From contig CM114271.1 in assembly GCA_050084515.1 (NCBI GenBank), forward strand, positions 3,348,001 through 3,412,000: DNA of 64,000 nucleotides, read 5' to 3'. The stretch comes from Blasia pusilla. Taxonomy: Eukaryota. Positions 52,101 through 64,000 of the stretch are shown piece by piece (the stretch's first letter is position 1; every line of letters begins with the position of its first letter). The translations under genes and the position numbers were made by a program. A model generated the notes under the pieces. That model saw only the letters and a list, made by a program, of their open reading frames with translations. It was not told the DNA's origin and did no database searches.

Positions 52101-55100
52101 AAAGGACCAATAAGGACCTGCCTGTATATTTCCTCAATACGAACAATTGGACACAACACACAAACCCAGTGAGCTAGTAAATATATACAAAACAATTTCC
52201 AAGTGAGGTAAATTAAATTTCAAAAAACACATAATCAAGACGAGGAGATCTTCGCACTTGAACATTGAAAGTGAAGAGTTTCCAAGTCCACAGCCAAATG
52301 AATGGATTCTGTGACAGGAAAAAAAAATTTTGAACTTTCAGATCTTTGGAAGGGCCACAGTGGAAATATATTTACCCCAAAGCAAGATCAACTAAAAATC
52401 TACAAGGATGTCCAAGAGCGAATCTTAACTGCAATTAGAACTGACTCAGTTTCTTTCTTGACAAAGAGTATTTTACCTTCCACGAATATCTGACTTCCAC
52501 AAAAGGAACTCCAAGATTGAAGCAGTACCAGTAAGCAAGTTTTCTCGACCAGGCCATTTATTTTGTATCGCACTCTTCTCTTCAATGGTTTCTTTCTTAC
52601 TTTTCTTCTTTTTCCTTATATCTCTCAAATTTGAGTCTTCCTTCAGTAAGTACTCCAAGTGTCTTGCTATTATTCCTGAGCTTATCTGCACAAATATCGC
52701 GGTACCAAAAGGAACACATTACATGTGAGTGCCATCTACTAGAAAATGACGTCTTGGAGAAGCAAGACGTTACTCACATGGCCGAGGGAAACATAAGTCT
52801 ATATATCAGGGTATATTTACACGAGGTCCAAAGTGAAAGAAAGGTGAAAACAAAATTCAACATACTTTTTAGCAATGTCACAGACAAGTCCCACTCAAGT
52901 CTAGATATGAATTTCAAGTTATTCAGTAGTACTCATAAGTATGCAGGTATTAGAAAGAAGGTAGGTAGACACTGGTACTCAATTTTGGCTACTGTAGCTA
53001 CAAGCTCCATCATTGCCTCCTACCCAGGGCCTTTTATATAATCAATTCCTGTATTCAACTCAAGATCCATATGGGGTCGGGTCAGGTCAGAGCATATGTG
53101 GATGCACACCTTTACACTCCTCAACACATCTTGGGCTGCAGAGCGAATAATTTCGCTTTTAACAGTGGACAGGGTTATCAGTGCTTGGAATATCACATCC
53201 TGCCATTCACAAGAGGACAATCAGATAAGTGCCCTTTAGGATCCAACTACAACAGCAAGAAAATGGCACATACTTCCCCTACGGCATTCATCCTCCGGAT
53301 ACATTATGGGTGTCAGAACTTCAGGGATATGCCCGAGCTTATCACTTCGGAAGTGCAAGACTTGTGCTGCAAAAGTGGTCCAAAAGGAAGGTGCTTGCAT
53401 GCACTTGCCAGACCATACCATGATCTGAGAAAGAATGGTTACAGTCATTATAAATGCCTCATAGGAATGAATAGAGTACGACGCCTACCTGTGTTGGAGT
53501 ATCAACAACACTATAGAATGCTGGAGTCACACACTTAAGTGCAGCACAACAAGGCTGGAGAATTGCAGGATCCAGCAAGGATCCTCCTTTAACCTGAAAT
53601 AGAACAGAGGGAGGCATGCGTTACTTCCTAAACAAGTTTTCTTATTCTCTTTGTCCACATGAAGGACTCGCATCTTTTAGAAAGCAGTTTCTAGCTAAGA
53701 CAAGCAGGAATGCCTAACTTTGAAGGTTCTGTTACAACACTGAACAACCAAACAATAACCTTAGTAGACATTGCATTTCAAATCAATAAGACGATAGAAT
53801 TCACATCCCTTTTCATATTCACCAAACCGTCCACTTAATTCATTTGCATTAAAAGTAATCAGATGACAAATCATACTTACATTAAGAGTTTCCAAGAATG
53901 GTGACATCAGATCCTTGCCATGGCTACTTGGAGCTTGGGAACATTCAAGGGCAACCTCTGGTGTGTACATCTGTTATCACCACCATATTTGAGATCCAAT
54001 ATACTTGCAGGGCAATTTCAAGTCCTTAAAAAACTTTCATATCTCCACAGCAAAGTTTGTCATAAGATTAGGTCACTAGACTCCTGAGATCTGAACTTGA
54101 AAAGCAAGCCCAAGAGACTGAATTCATTTCAGGGCCCTGTCAAGAATACCTTCGACTTGACTAAATCAAGGTACTTGCCCCAACATCTCTGAATTTGCAA
54201 AGCAGGTACTTACTTGCACTAAAACTTCCAGCACTTGGACTTCAGTCTGTGTCAACCTTTCAAATTCACCGTCTGAGGGATCTTGCAAATGACATAACTT
54301 GCGGCACTCTACAAGCTGCTTGAACCTTTCATGGGTAGCATTCACGAGCTCAGAACCATGTGCTATCCCTAGAAGAGCTGTGAACAGCACGCGCTATGTA
54401 AACCAAAACAAAAAAAACCTTCCAATTAGCAACTCCAGTAATAAAAATTGCAAAACTTGGAAAAAATCCAAGACTCTGAGTTTGATTCACACTGACCTGA
54501 TCACGTGATGAAAGTGCAGATTATGTCACATATTTCATAACAAACACTCCGCATAGAGTTTAGTGCAACTATTTAGCTCCATACATGATTATGTAGAAAA
54601 CTATAAATGACAATACCTGAGCGTGGACAGGTAGGCGGAAGGTATGATGCACAAAGAATGTGACAAAAGAGAGTTGTCTCTCATCTCCAGTTCTGCCACA
54701 TAGGAACAGCAAATTAGTCCATGAACTGTCCATAACCAACTACGGACAATTTCAAACAATCATAGAATCAATAATTATACCCAACCGTGAGTGGAGTCCC
54801 TTCCTCATAAAACCATCATAAAACTGACATCAAGGTATATCAGTGGTAGGCATCAGACCTTATCTTCACTGTGTCTACAAGACCTTCCCCTGTGATCTGT
54901 TTCTTGGTGGGACCAAGTTTCTCAGATAAGAACTGACCGAGATAGGTTCCACTAGCTATGAAATTCTCCTTGGCATCCACAAGTGCATGGACGATCTCTC
55001 CAAAAGTCTCTGAATTTAAAATAGATAGGTCTACTCCCTTGACCCCTGCACACAGTCACACTTTTAGAGCAATGGAAACCTTTTTTAGACCTGAGGATGA

Positions 55101-58100
55101 GCTCAATTGCTCATAGCTTGTACAAAGCAATTAAAGAGATGTCCAGGAAAGAAACCCCAGCCGATCACCACAAAGCCCAATTCAAATGTATGTAAAAGGG
55201 GCGTCCTGAAGCAGAGGGTTTAAGAAAAAGGCATTCCTCGTCCAGTTTCACTTCATAAAACGAGATGAATAGTCCACTCCCTCTGCGTAAGCACCTTTTT
55301 AAACAATACAGACTGGACGTTCCTCAAAGTGCTACTTTCAAATCACTCAGGGACATACCAGATCCACCAAAAGCTCTGACAATTGGGCCATAATACCTTT
55401 CTTAGACTGCAGCTTGTAGCTTTCCATCACATTTGTTATATTTTCCAAACATTGCATGGCACTCCTGCGGACAGCCTACAGCCTAGCAGTAATTAGTGCA
55501 GCAGTGGTGGACCGCAGGATTTAAAATTGTGTCTTTAAGGAGTAAATCAAGCATCTGTTCAATTCAACAAGTATAGACATTCGTACAACTGTATAAACGT
55601 ACAGTGTACACAGGCACAGGCACAGGAGAGAAATATCCAGTTTACAAACAGAGTGTACTTGTCCTCTCCAAATTCAATATGCATTCAAGTGTGTTGGGGT
55701 GGGCACCTTCAGAGGGCTAGCCAATGCCACAAGTAAAGGTGGAAGAGTTCCTTGCAGATGAGTAAATGTGACATCGTCCACCACTTTGGACTTCCCAGCT
55801 CGAGTCCTTGGAACGTCAGGTTTTTTTCCTAATTGAGTAGCTAGGACATCCAAACTGTGTACTTGAACAAAAGCTGGGACAGCTGAACCTGAAATAGGAA
55901 AAACGATTTACTTACTTCATGCACAAGCTGACACAACTACAGAACGGGATAACCAAATTTGAAGTTGAGAAGTGTTTGGTCCTTCAAATGATAAAAGTTG
56001 AAAATTGATCCAATTAGTGAGAAGCCAAGAATTCATTTCAAAAGCGAACAGATTTCACAGAAAGTCCATATGACCTTCAGCAATGAAAAACTTTGAGAGG
56101 AAAATGAATGTGTCAAGCACTTGCAGACGACCCAGAAGAAGCTGGATATGGGGTGTGAAGATCTTCATTGAAGATGAGCCAGCAAAAAGCACAAAAAGCC
56201 CATCCAGGCTATCCTCTCCGCAGTGGCCATCACTCTGCAGCATAAACAGCATAATCATTTTGTCGACAACTCTGAATGAGAATTGATAAAAAAACTCAAG
56301 ACTCCAAGAAGACAAATTGAGACCTGAGAGATGTGCATTTTCAGAACTCTGAAGTACACCCAGTGTCCCATTTTGAGATCAAGGCAAACTCACACGATCT
56401 ACATTCACCAAGAAGAATTAATAAAATCCGAGGTCATCTTTGATGTGTACCTCAAATGTCACAGTATTGTTACAAGGAACGTAAGGAACTAGGCTGTAAA
56501 GTGCACGGAGTAGAAGCTCTGGGTATGCGCCTGGGGACTTGACTCCCAGTCGGTGGTAAAACTCAGAGGGAATGTGAATCGAATCCTTCGGGCCCGCGTA
56601 GTCTATCTGCAAAACCACCACTTCGTCATAACACAACAAGTATACTATACATGCAAGTGTATAGTAAACCTAAACCCTTTCTTCAAGCTCCATACATGGT
56701 TAAGAGAATGTGTAGTTCAATTGACTTCTTCCGTCCATTTTTCTTCAAGCTGTACCTTTACGTGAAGTCTTGTGGATGCTTGTAGAGTTAAGATCAATCA
56801 ATCTTACATTCAGAGGTTCTAAAACCACTAAAATTTGAAAGACATACAGATGTGTTGGTCATCTGGATTCTGAAAACAATTCTTAGATTGACGGATTGAT
56901 CATATCCAGCTACCCATGACAACGCCTGCCATTTCTGCTTTCCTTTTACTTCAAACAAAGATGACAAATTTACATCGTGTCATATTCTCTGCCTCAAAAT
57001 TCACAAAGAAATGAAGGGTAAATCACTAGAAAGTGTGGTACATTTTGCAGTTCAGCCAGTGGAATAGATGTTCTAGATTCCACACTTGTCCATTCATCTC
57101 TTAGCCATCGCAGACTAGCTTCAACCAATTGAATCGAGGTATCTGCAAAGCATCAAACCCAACTTGTGAGAAATTCTTTAGTCAAGATAGTACAGTAGAT
57201 ACTTTTTATGCTGTACGCAAACTACAAGAGGAGAAACAGTAAAAAAGAATTGATTTGTTGATGGGGATGCAGGAAGACCATAGGACTAAGAGAAATGACC
57301 CAAGCCGGTACATTTTCAAGACTTCCTTAGAGGACTGCTTGTAGTGGACAGAGTACAGTCTGCACTTCTTCAATAGTTCACATAACTTTTTCGACGAATT
57401 ATCTGGCAGTGTATAGTTGTGATGATATGCTGGAGCACTTCACTTTCCTACCTTTGGAATGTTTCTTAAAACACTGGAGAAGAACTAGTGTCACCAAGAC
57501 TTTTGAGTTGTCGCTCAAGTTAGACTTAAGTAGCACCATAACCCATTCAGTTGTATGTTTGGCTACTTTTCCTGCCAAAGACTTGATTATTTTTCTGTTT
57601 AGCTCTGCTCGTAATTCTCTCCGTATTTCCTGCAAATCCATTTTGTGGAAATGAATTATCAATTTCTCTACTAGGTCAGAGCAGGGACAACTATAGCCAT
57701 TTCATAGACAAAAAGCTCGATTCAGAGGTCTAGGGAAATCAGTAGGTCATTGACATTATCAGGGAAATTAAACAACATGCCCCCAAATTCACAATATGAT
57801 CCCCTTCTCAAAAGAAACATATAAATCCTTCACCAAATGATTTATTAGTCGCAAGTTTGACACCAAGGTAGACTGCACCTGAACAGGTCATTCACACTGG
57901 CAGACATTATGAGGGCCTAACTGAGAGGGCTTAGATTCAGTAAAAAGAATGAATTGTGTTAACATCTGAGAGGCCACCTTTGGAAATGAAAGAAGAGGAC
58001 TAAAATGGCCCAATACAGAACTACATTCCGGCTATGCTCTCATGACTTCACCAGAGATATGATCCAAAGCCCCTACACAATAATGGTTTGATAAAGCTAA

Positions 58101-61100
58101 AACACATATTTCCAAAGAGATAATACTTTCCTCTTTGGCTCATCCCATGTTGTAAATCTCATTGACTTTGCATCTCATCAACTTCCATAAAATACCTTAG
58201 ACCAACTCCAGACGAAAAGCTACTGGAGGAAAAAACTCAAACTCTACTATCGACCGCACATGTGCAATTCGAGTTGACTTCAAGGCAATTGCATAGAAAC
58301 CTTAGATTTCGTCTCTTCCTCCTGTGTCTCAACTGATGTTTCCTCATGAACTTTTGAGAGGTCTGTGAAAAGCGGAAAAGGCAACTTCGCAGCTGCTTCT
58401 AGTACATACTTGTTCAGTCTCGATGTCTGCACGTACAGAGATTTGAGTTCACAGTATCAGAGATTTAACGAGCTGCTGTAAACAGCTTTGCTGAAGATGG
58501 ACCTTTAAGGTTTCAGGCATGAAGGTGTGTCAATCTCTCTAATCATGACTGCTGAGGTTCTGACCTTAGGGAACTGAAGTAAGTAGTCAGAAAACGCCAA
58601 AGCCACTTGTTCGACATAGCTTGGGTTTTGTTTGAGGAAATCACATGCAAGCAGCTCAATTGCCTTCTTGCTGATAAGTCTCACTTCTGTCTTTGAAGAT
58701 TTTTTTCCTGCAAAACCAAAACAAATGAAGTTAGCAAATACTTGGATTGGGGTAGATAGTTCCACAAGATATGTCAAAAGGTACCAGCTGGTTTTGCAGA
58801 GTAATTATACCTGCCATCATTTCAGAGTAGCATCTGGAAATGATAGAAGCAAGCGCTTGGAAGAGGCGCTCAGCAGGTATAACCTTCACCAAGTCCTCAA
58901 AAGAAAGAACTGCTTGTATCACACTGTAATGGTCATCACTAAGACGTCGCAAATATGCCTCGCGCAAAACTGTGTATATCTGCACCAGAAAGAACCAACT
59001 TAGGACACAATTTCACATTTAAGTCAAAGGGCCCTGATTGTCATAACACAGTAGTGTTGTGTAGGTAAAGCCTTTGTTTCTCTGTAATAAGAAGATTCCT
59101 CAAGTAAGGCTCCACGTGCAGGGACATCACAGCAAAATCTTACCTCTGCTTGTTCATTGAGACTTGTTTTTGCAGCAAGTTTTGATAACTGTTGTACCGC
59201 TATCTCTCGTATTTGAGCCTGAAAAAAGGAAAAGATATAGACAGACCTTTTTGAAAACTTTTCGGAAAGAAGTTAGTATTTAGCAACTCTGGTTGACTAA
59301 ACTCCAAAGAAGTATGGATCTCACCAGTGTATCAACCAAATGTCAGACTTCCTTGCAGGGTTCTTTTCCTACATCCTGTAAGGTTCTCAAATTGTAAAAG
59401 TATGGGAATCTTCATGTTGGTCACAACAACCACTCCATTCAAAAAACATCAAGATTCCCAAAGGGCCTAGCTTAAAAAGCTTTCCATGTATCCAAAGGTA
59501 ACTGTGCAAGCAAGTACAAACAGCTCACACTTCCATTTTCAATGAAATTGATGGGGTGGCAGCACTATCTGAAAGTACCTGTGGATGATCGATGGAGAGA
59601 TAAAGGCTCATATGGGATTCTGCCAGTGGAGAGCGTAGACTTCCATGGAAGACTTCCGACAAAAACTTAAACAATGGGTCCTCTTCCTTGTCACCACGTA
59701 TGGCTTTTGAATTCTGAAATGAAATGAAGACAACAAAACTTATGAAAAATAAGCTTAATACATCCTGAATAAGAAAGCAAGCCAGAGAAGTCTTATCTTC
59801 CAGTTCTACCCAATCCACATCTACCTCAAGTTTAAGGTCATCGGAGGGCTTAGAATTTCACAAACCATGACTCTTTGACCAGCTGCAGATAGTTCCCTTG
59901 AATCTCCTTGGTTGGATAGGAAATACCTTAAAATACACACTGATCGCTTTGTCCAATTCAGCAGGATATCGCCTCTCTATAGTTTGGAGTAGCCTCTTCA
60001 TGACAGCTCCTGTAGTATACAGATATAATTTCTTGAGACTGAGCCACATGTCTACAGACTGCAAATTAGAAAGCCAGTTTCACAGACATCCCTTGCAGTA
60101 GTCCCTCTTGTTTACAACCTAACAAATGGAGGAAAGTGTACTCGGTGAATGAATGAGTGCATAATTCCTCCACAGAGCACAGCTAGAGGATATCAACACT
60201 CCCCACCAAAAGTTGGCACTGCTGTGCCAATGCATAATAGTGCTCTTAAACATTGTTCCAATGCAAGGCTCTGTCAGTTCTCTCTCTCAGAAATGACACC
60301 ACTGAGAATGGATTCAGGATTTAAATTCTACCTATGCACAGATTACTTCACACTGGAGCCCTTCACATCTTCTCCTTGGCTTTGTAGCTAATAACTCATA
60401 CTGGTGATTAAGAAATTCTTACTGGTGATCACATGATTATTTCTTCACTTCAAAAAATTGCTTCATAACCAAAACATGAACTCACTAGATTTTGCAGCCT
60501 CAGTAACACCCCCATTCTTGAAGCTGAGGTCAAGCAGCCTGGATACCATTGACCCTGCTTCGCTTGCCAAAGAAAAGGAATTGACTACCTCAAGGAGCAC
60601 ATGCTCGTAGTTATCATGAAGCAAACTGGAACAAAACACTTTGTCAGAACACTACATTAGTAAAATGACTAGCTTCTAACCATTTGACAAGCAGAAAGTT
60701 CAAACAAGCATATTTCAGAAAAGTCCATAGGACAGAAATATGTGCTTACCAATGATCGATAAGGACTTGGACCAACAGAGCTACAAGCTTTTGTGTATCG
60801 AAGGTCTTTGCCAGGTCTTTCAGAATAGGTAAGAACTCTCTGCAGAGGATTGACAACTTTCATTGAACAGCCTTTGTACAATGAAGGACCAAACACTTCT
60901 TGCTTCACAGAAAACATCAGCTGAGCAACAACAAACTGACACATCCTCCAGTCAACCCCTGACACAAGCAGGTCTAAGAGATAATTGACTGACTTCTTTG
61001 CAGGCCTGACAATTCACCAGAACACATCTGTCATCAGAAACGACAAGAGAGCCCAGAAATTTATCAGTTTTTTACAGGTACCTTGCTTTTATGAGAAGTT

Positions 61101-63361
61101 TGAACGCCTTCATGGGGAAAGAATTGATCTCTTGGGTCTGGAAGAAGTCCAAGAAAAGACAACAAAACATACTAGCGTAAGTTTCTTCCATACTATACTT
61201 TTGACTCAAAAGGACATACTGCCAAGCACAAAACACCCTTCTCTTTGTTGACTGGTAAACTGTAATGGAAGACTCCAAGCATTCTTTATCTGATTTGTTA
61301 AGCTGGAAGTTTCCATTGCAGTACACCAAAGAGGAAAACAGGTACTTCTACACAACTCTAAAAGGTGTCTTGTTCTGTTTTAAAGGGTCTAGTAAGCCTG
61401 TCTCAAGTTGTGCATAACCACGAGCATCTCTGTGAAACAAATAATGTAGAATTTCATGCCCAGAAATAGAATAGACCTAATGCTAGGTTCCTCGAAGATC
61501 AGGAGCCACAAGACATCTAGGAGAGAGAACAAAAACCTGCACTAACTGAATCAATGTCATAATATGCAACTGGAGAACAGGAAATCCGTCGCCTCCTGAA
61601 TCTCTCTGGAAAGCCTTGGCAGTGAGCTCAAACAGTGCCTCCACAAACAAGGGAGCCAAAGTGCTTCTATTTGCCAAAGCACCTATGATCATCAAAGCTC
61701 CAACCTGAGACCAGACATCAGGTGTTAGACATGTACCCCATATACCCATACGAGAAATACCAAATTTATTGGACAAACATCAAAATGTCAGGGAAATCTG
61801 AAACTCGATGATATTCTATGGTACATCGCTACAAAACATGTGCGCTGTCACGTTTAGGTAGAGCATCACAGTGTCAGCTTTGCATGATTAGCCTTAATCT
61901 TCTTTTCCATGGTATTGACTACATGCTGGCTGCTTAGCACCTGCTTAGGACGTGGATTCAGAGAGAATATTCTCAAAATTATTTGACATCATCCATTGGG
62001 TACATTCCAGAAGTTGACAGTTTTGCATAAGCACACACAACAGACCAACAAGCACAAGACTAAAGAAGAGTATGATAGAGGAATTGAGATACATTCAGCA
62101 GAAACTCAGACAAAACTTACATGCAGTACAAGCCTTACCCGATAGTCTTCTGTGAGATTACTTTCTAAACTGTGTAATATGAGTGGTTGTATTCTGTTGA
62201 CAAGATCTGATGAGACCCGTGGTACTTCTGCTATGGTCTCCACTAGAAGAACACAGGTGAAGGAAATCGTAGCTTTTGATTTGGCAGCTAGTCCTGACAC
62301 AGTCATGGCCTGAAGCATTACAACTACATGTTAAGAGTGAAATGTATGTTCCACCAGTATGTGCAGTAGAGTAGTAGAGACATTGCAATCTATCCCAAGA
62401 AGCAATTCGAAATAACAATTTCCAACCAACAAGTTTCACTTTCACAATATAATGAGGAAGATTGAGGGATGACAGCCAGAACTGGTGTGATATGGAAATG
62501 AATCATAAAACCCTCTTGCTATAAACAGGTACTTATTTCAGCACACTTCAGTGCTAGGAACAAGACTCTTACCGAGTCGCATATGGCTTCCAACACTGCC
62601 ATATCATTGGTGCATTGTTTAACAAGCCATTGTCGAGGTGGGGGTGCACCTGAGTTCTTGATTGACTCCAAAAATTGCCAACGTGTCTTCCTAAGGGTCA
62701 ACCCAGAAAGTCAAAGAAAACAATGTAACATCCATGGTGAGAGAAAGCATCTCACATGTTGAATGGTACTGAAAAAACCCACATTCATACACTCTACACC
62801 TAGCTAAACGTGTTGAGCATGAATTGAATGATGCGCAAAACAAAAAACTCACGTACTGTAGATGAAGAAGTTGGACTACTCGCACAAAAAGACTGGTCTC
62901 ATGGTAGGGGAGAACACACAGAACAACATCCTCTACATTGTACACCTCAATTCTGCACACAACAGAATGGTTACCGATCTGGAAACTTCAAGAAAGGGCA
63001 TCTCAGCACAAGTAACTGAACCTATCTGCTGACCAGACAGACCAATACATCATGCAAATTGCATGCCGAAAAGCGTAATTGACAGCCATTCACAACAGGT
63101 AAAATTAAGTGTCACAATATGATTGCAACAGTAGGAGGAACTGACTTGTGCCGTCTGATCAAGTACTCCAGTGTCTGGTGCGAGGGCGTCAACATAGCAT
63201 ATCCGCACAGTAGGCAGAGAAATGTTGAGATAGACTTGTCCAACTTTTCATTATCAGCTTTAGATAGCAGCTCTCTGTCCTCCTGAAATTTCTCCAAATT
63301 GAACAGTGTCTTTTTGAACGCTTTGAAGCGACCGTCCATACCTATCAGTTCCTCCAAACCT
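46151..63361 (-). CDS. UTP10: HEAT-repeat U3 snoRNP protein UTP10/HEATR1 (BAP28), multi-exon, 5' end beyond window
   Basis: N-terminal exons GLEELIGMDGRF...DRELL...TLEYLIRRHK and LPYHETSLFVRVVQLL. BP28CT-like LVMKLNETTFKPIF.KMLEWA, YRSVFVPYF, LWKPLNHEV. C-terminus EEYLVLLPETIPFLAELLED...LSGEDLSQYF* ending at 46151. GT-AG introns throughout. Confidence 0.95.
47579..47816. repeat. Intronic tandem duplication (~114 bp x2)
   Basis: 47579-47692 and 47703-47816 are nearly identical. Confidence 0.92.
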
Positions 63362-64000
63362 GTAGACGTCACAGCACAGCAATTTCATTTATCTTGGAGC
63401 TACCAGTCATGTGTCTGGAAACTGTTCAACCACCCTTGAGAGGGATTACGATTTATGTAGCCGTCCATCCGGATGATCCAAGACTAAGAAACGGCGAGGG
63501 TTGGCCATGGAGGGTCGGATTGACGAAAGCTTGAAGCCACGTGATACAGTAACCAATACATGGCCGTCGGCAAAGTGGATGTTAAATTCTGGTGGTGGCT
63601 TCTCGAGTTTTGAACTAGATTAACAGAAAGCCAGCCCGGGCAATTTTCAGTCGAACTTAAGTTCAGATATGGTCTTGCCTCGCAATGGCGCAAACTCATG
63701 ATATTTTACGACTCCCAGCTGGTGGTGCCAAGACCAGCTCATACGTCCAAATTTAAAGGTGACACAGCTTTCAACGACCAGGCTCACATGTAGAGAATGA
63801 CTCGATACCCAGCGTACAGAAAGGCTGGGAAATTCCTTCAATATTCACGTCCAAACGAACACCCACGATATAGTCGTCCTGGTCCCACACCGTCCAAGCT
63901 CTGAATCTTATGACGAGAAAACACTCCTAATGAATTACGTAGGACGAGGCTTCGTCGATAGCCGGAGCGACATCCTCAACTGAAAACGCAAATGTCAAGA

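Noticed and set aside
46236-63019. Plus-strand ORFs within the UTP10 locus
   Set aside because: They are antisense to exons or introns and show no recognisable protein features.

Overview
Eukaryotic DNA from an intron-rich non-seed land plant, probably a moss (inferred from gene and TE style, not proven). The right third (46.15-64 kb, minus strand) is a multi-exon HEATR1/UTP10 (BAP28) gene whose first exon lies outside the window. The left ~43.6 kb is nested, decayed transposons containing two unusual systems. (1) A Ty3/Gypsy family that carries a DNMT3-like C5-cytosine methyltransferase between protease and RT and a PHD finger after the integrase. It has a self-complementary (Tf1-like) primer site instead of a tRNA PBS. 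There is a near-complete copy at ~30.5-40.3 kb and related fragments at 0.27-2.87 kb and 3.8-4.44 kb. The near-complete copy looks like a circularly permuted 2-LTR circle captured inside a Helitron helicase gene. (2) A Mutator-like element with a GCM-like + DDE (+ probably SWIM) transposase, transcribed divergently from an accessory gene with a ParB/Srx-type GxxRxxA motif. Its non-coding regions are packed with a ~29-bp palindrome, and it occurs as two inverted copies (6.05-20.5 kb). CACTA, Copia and Helitron remnants fill the rest. All protein-family calls come from motif recognition by eye; no searches were run.
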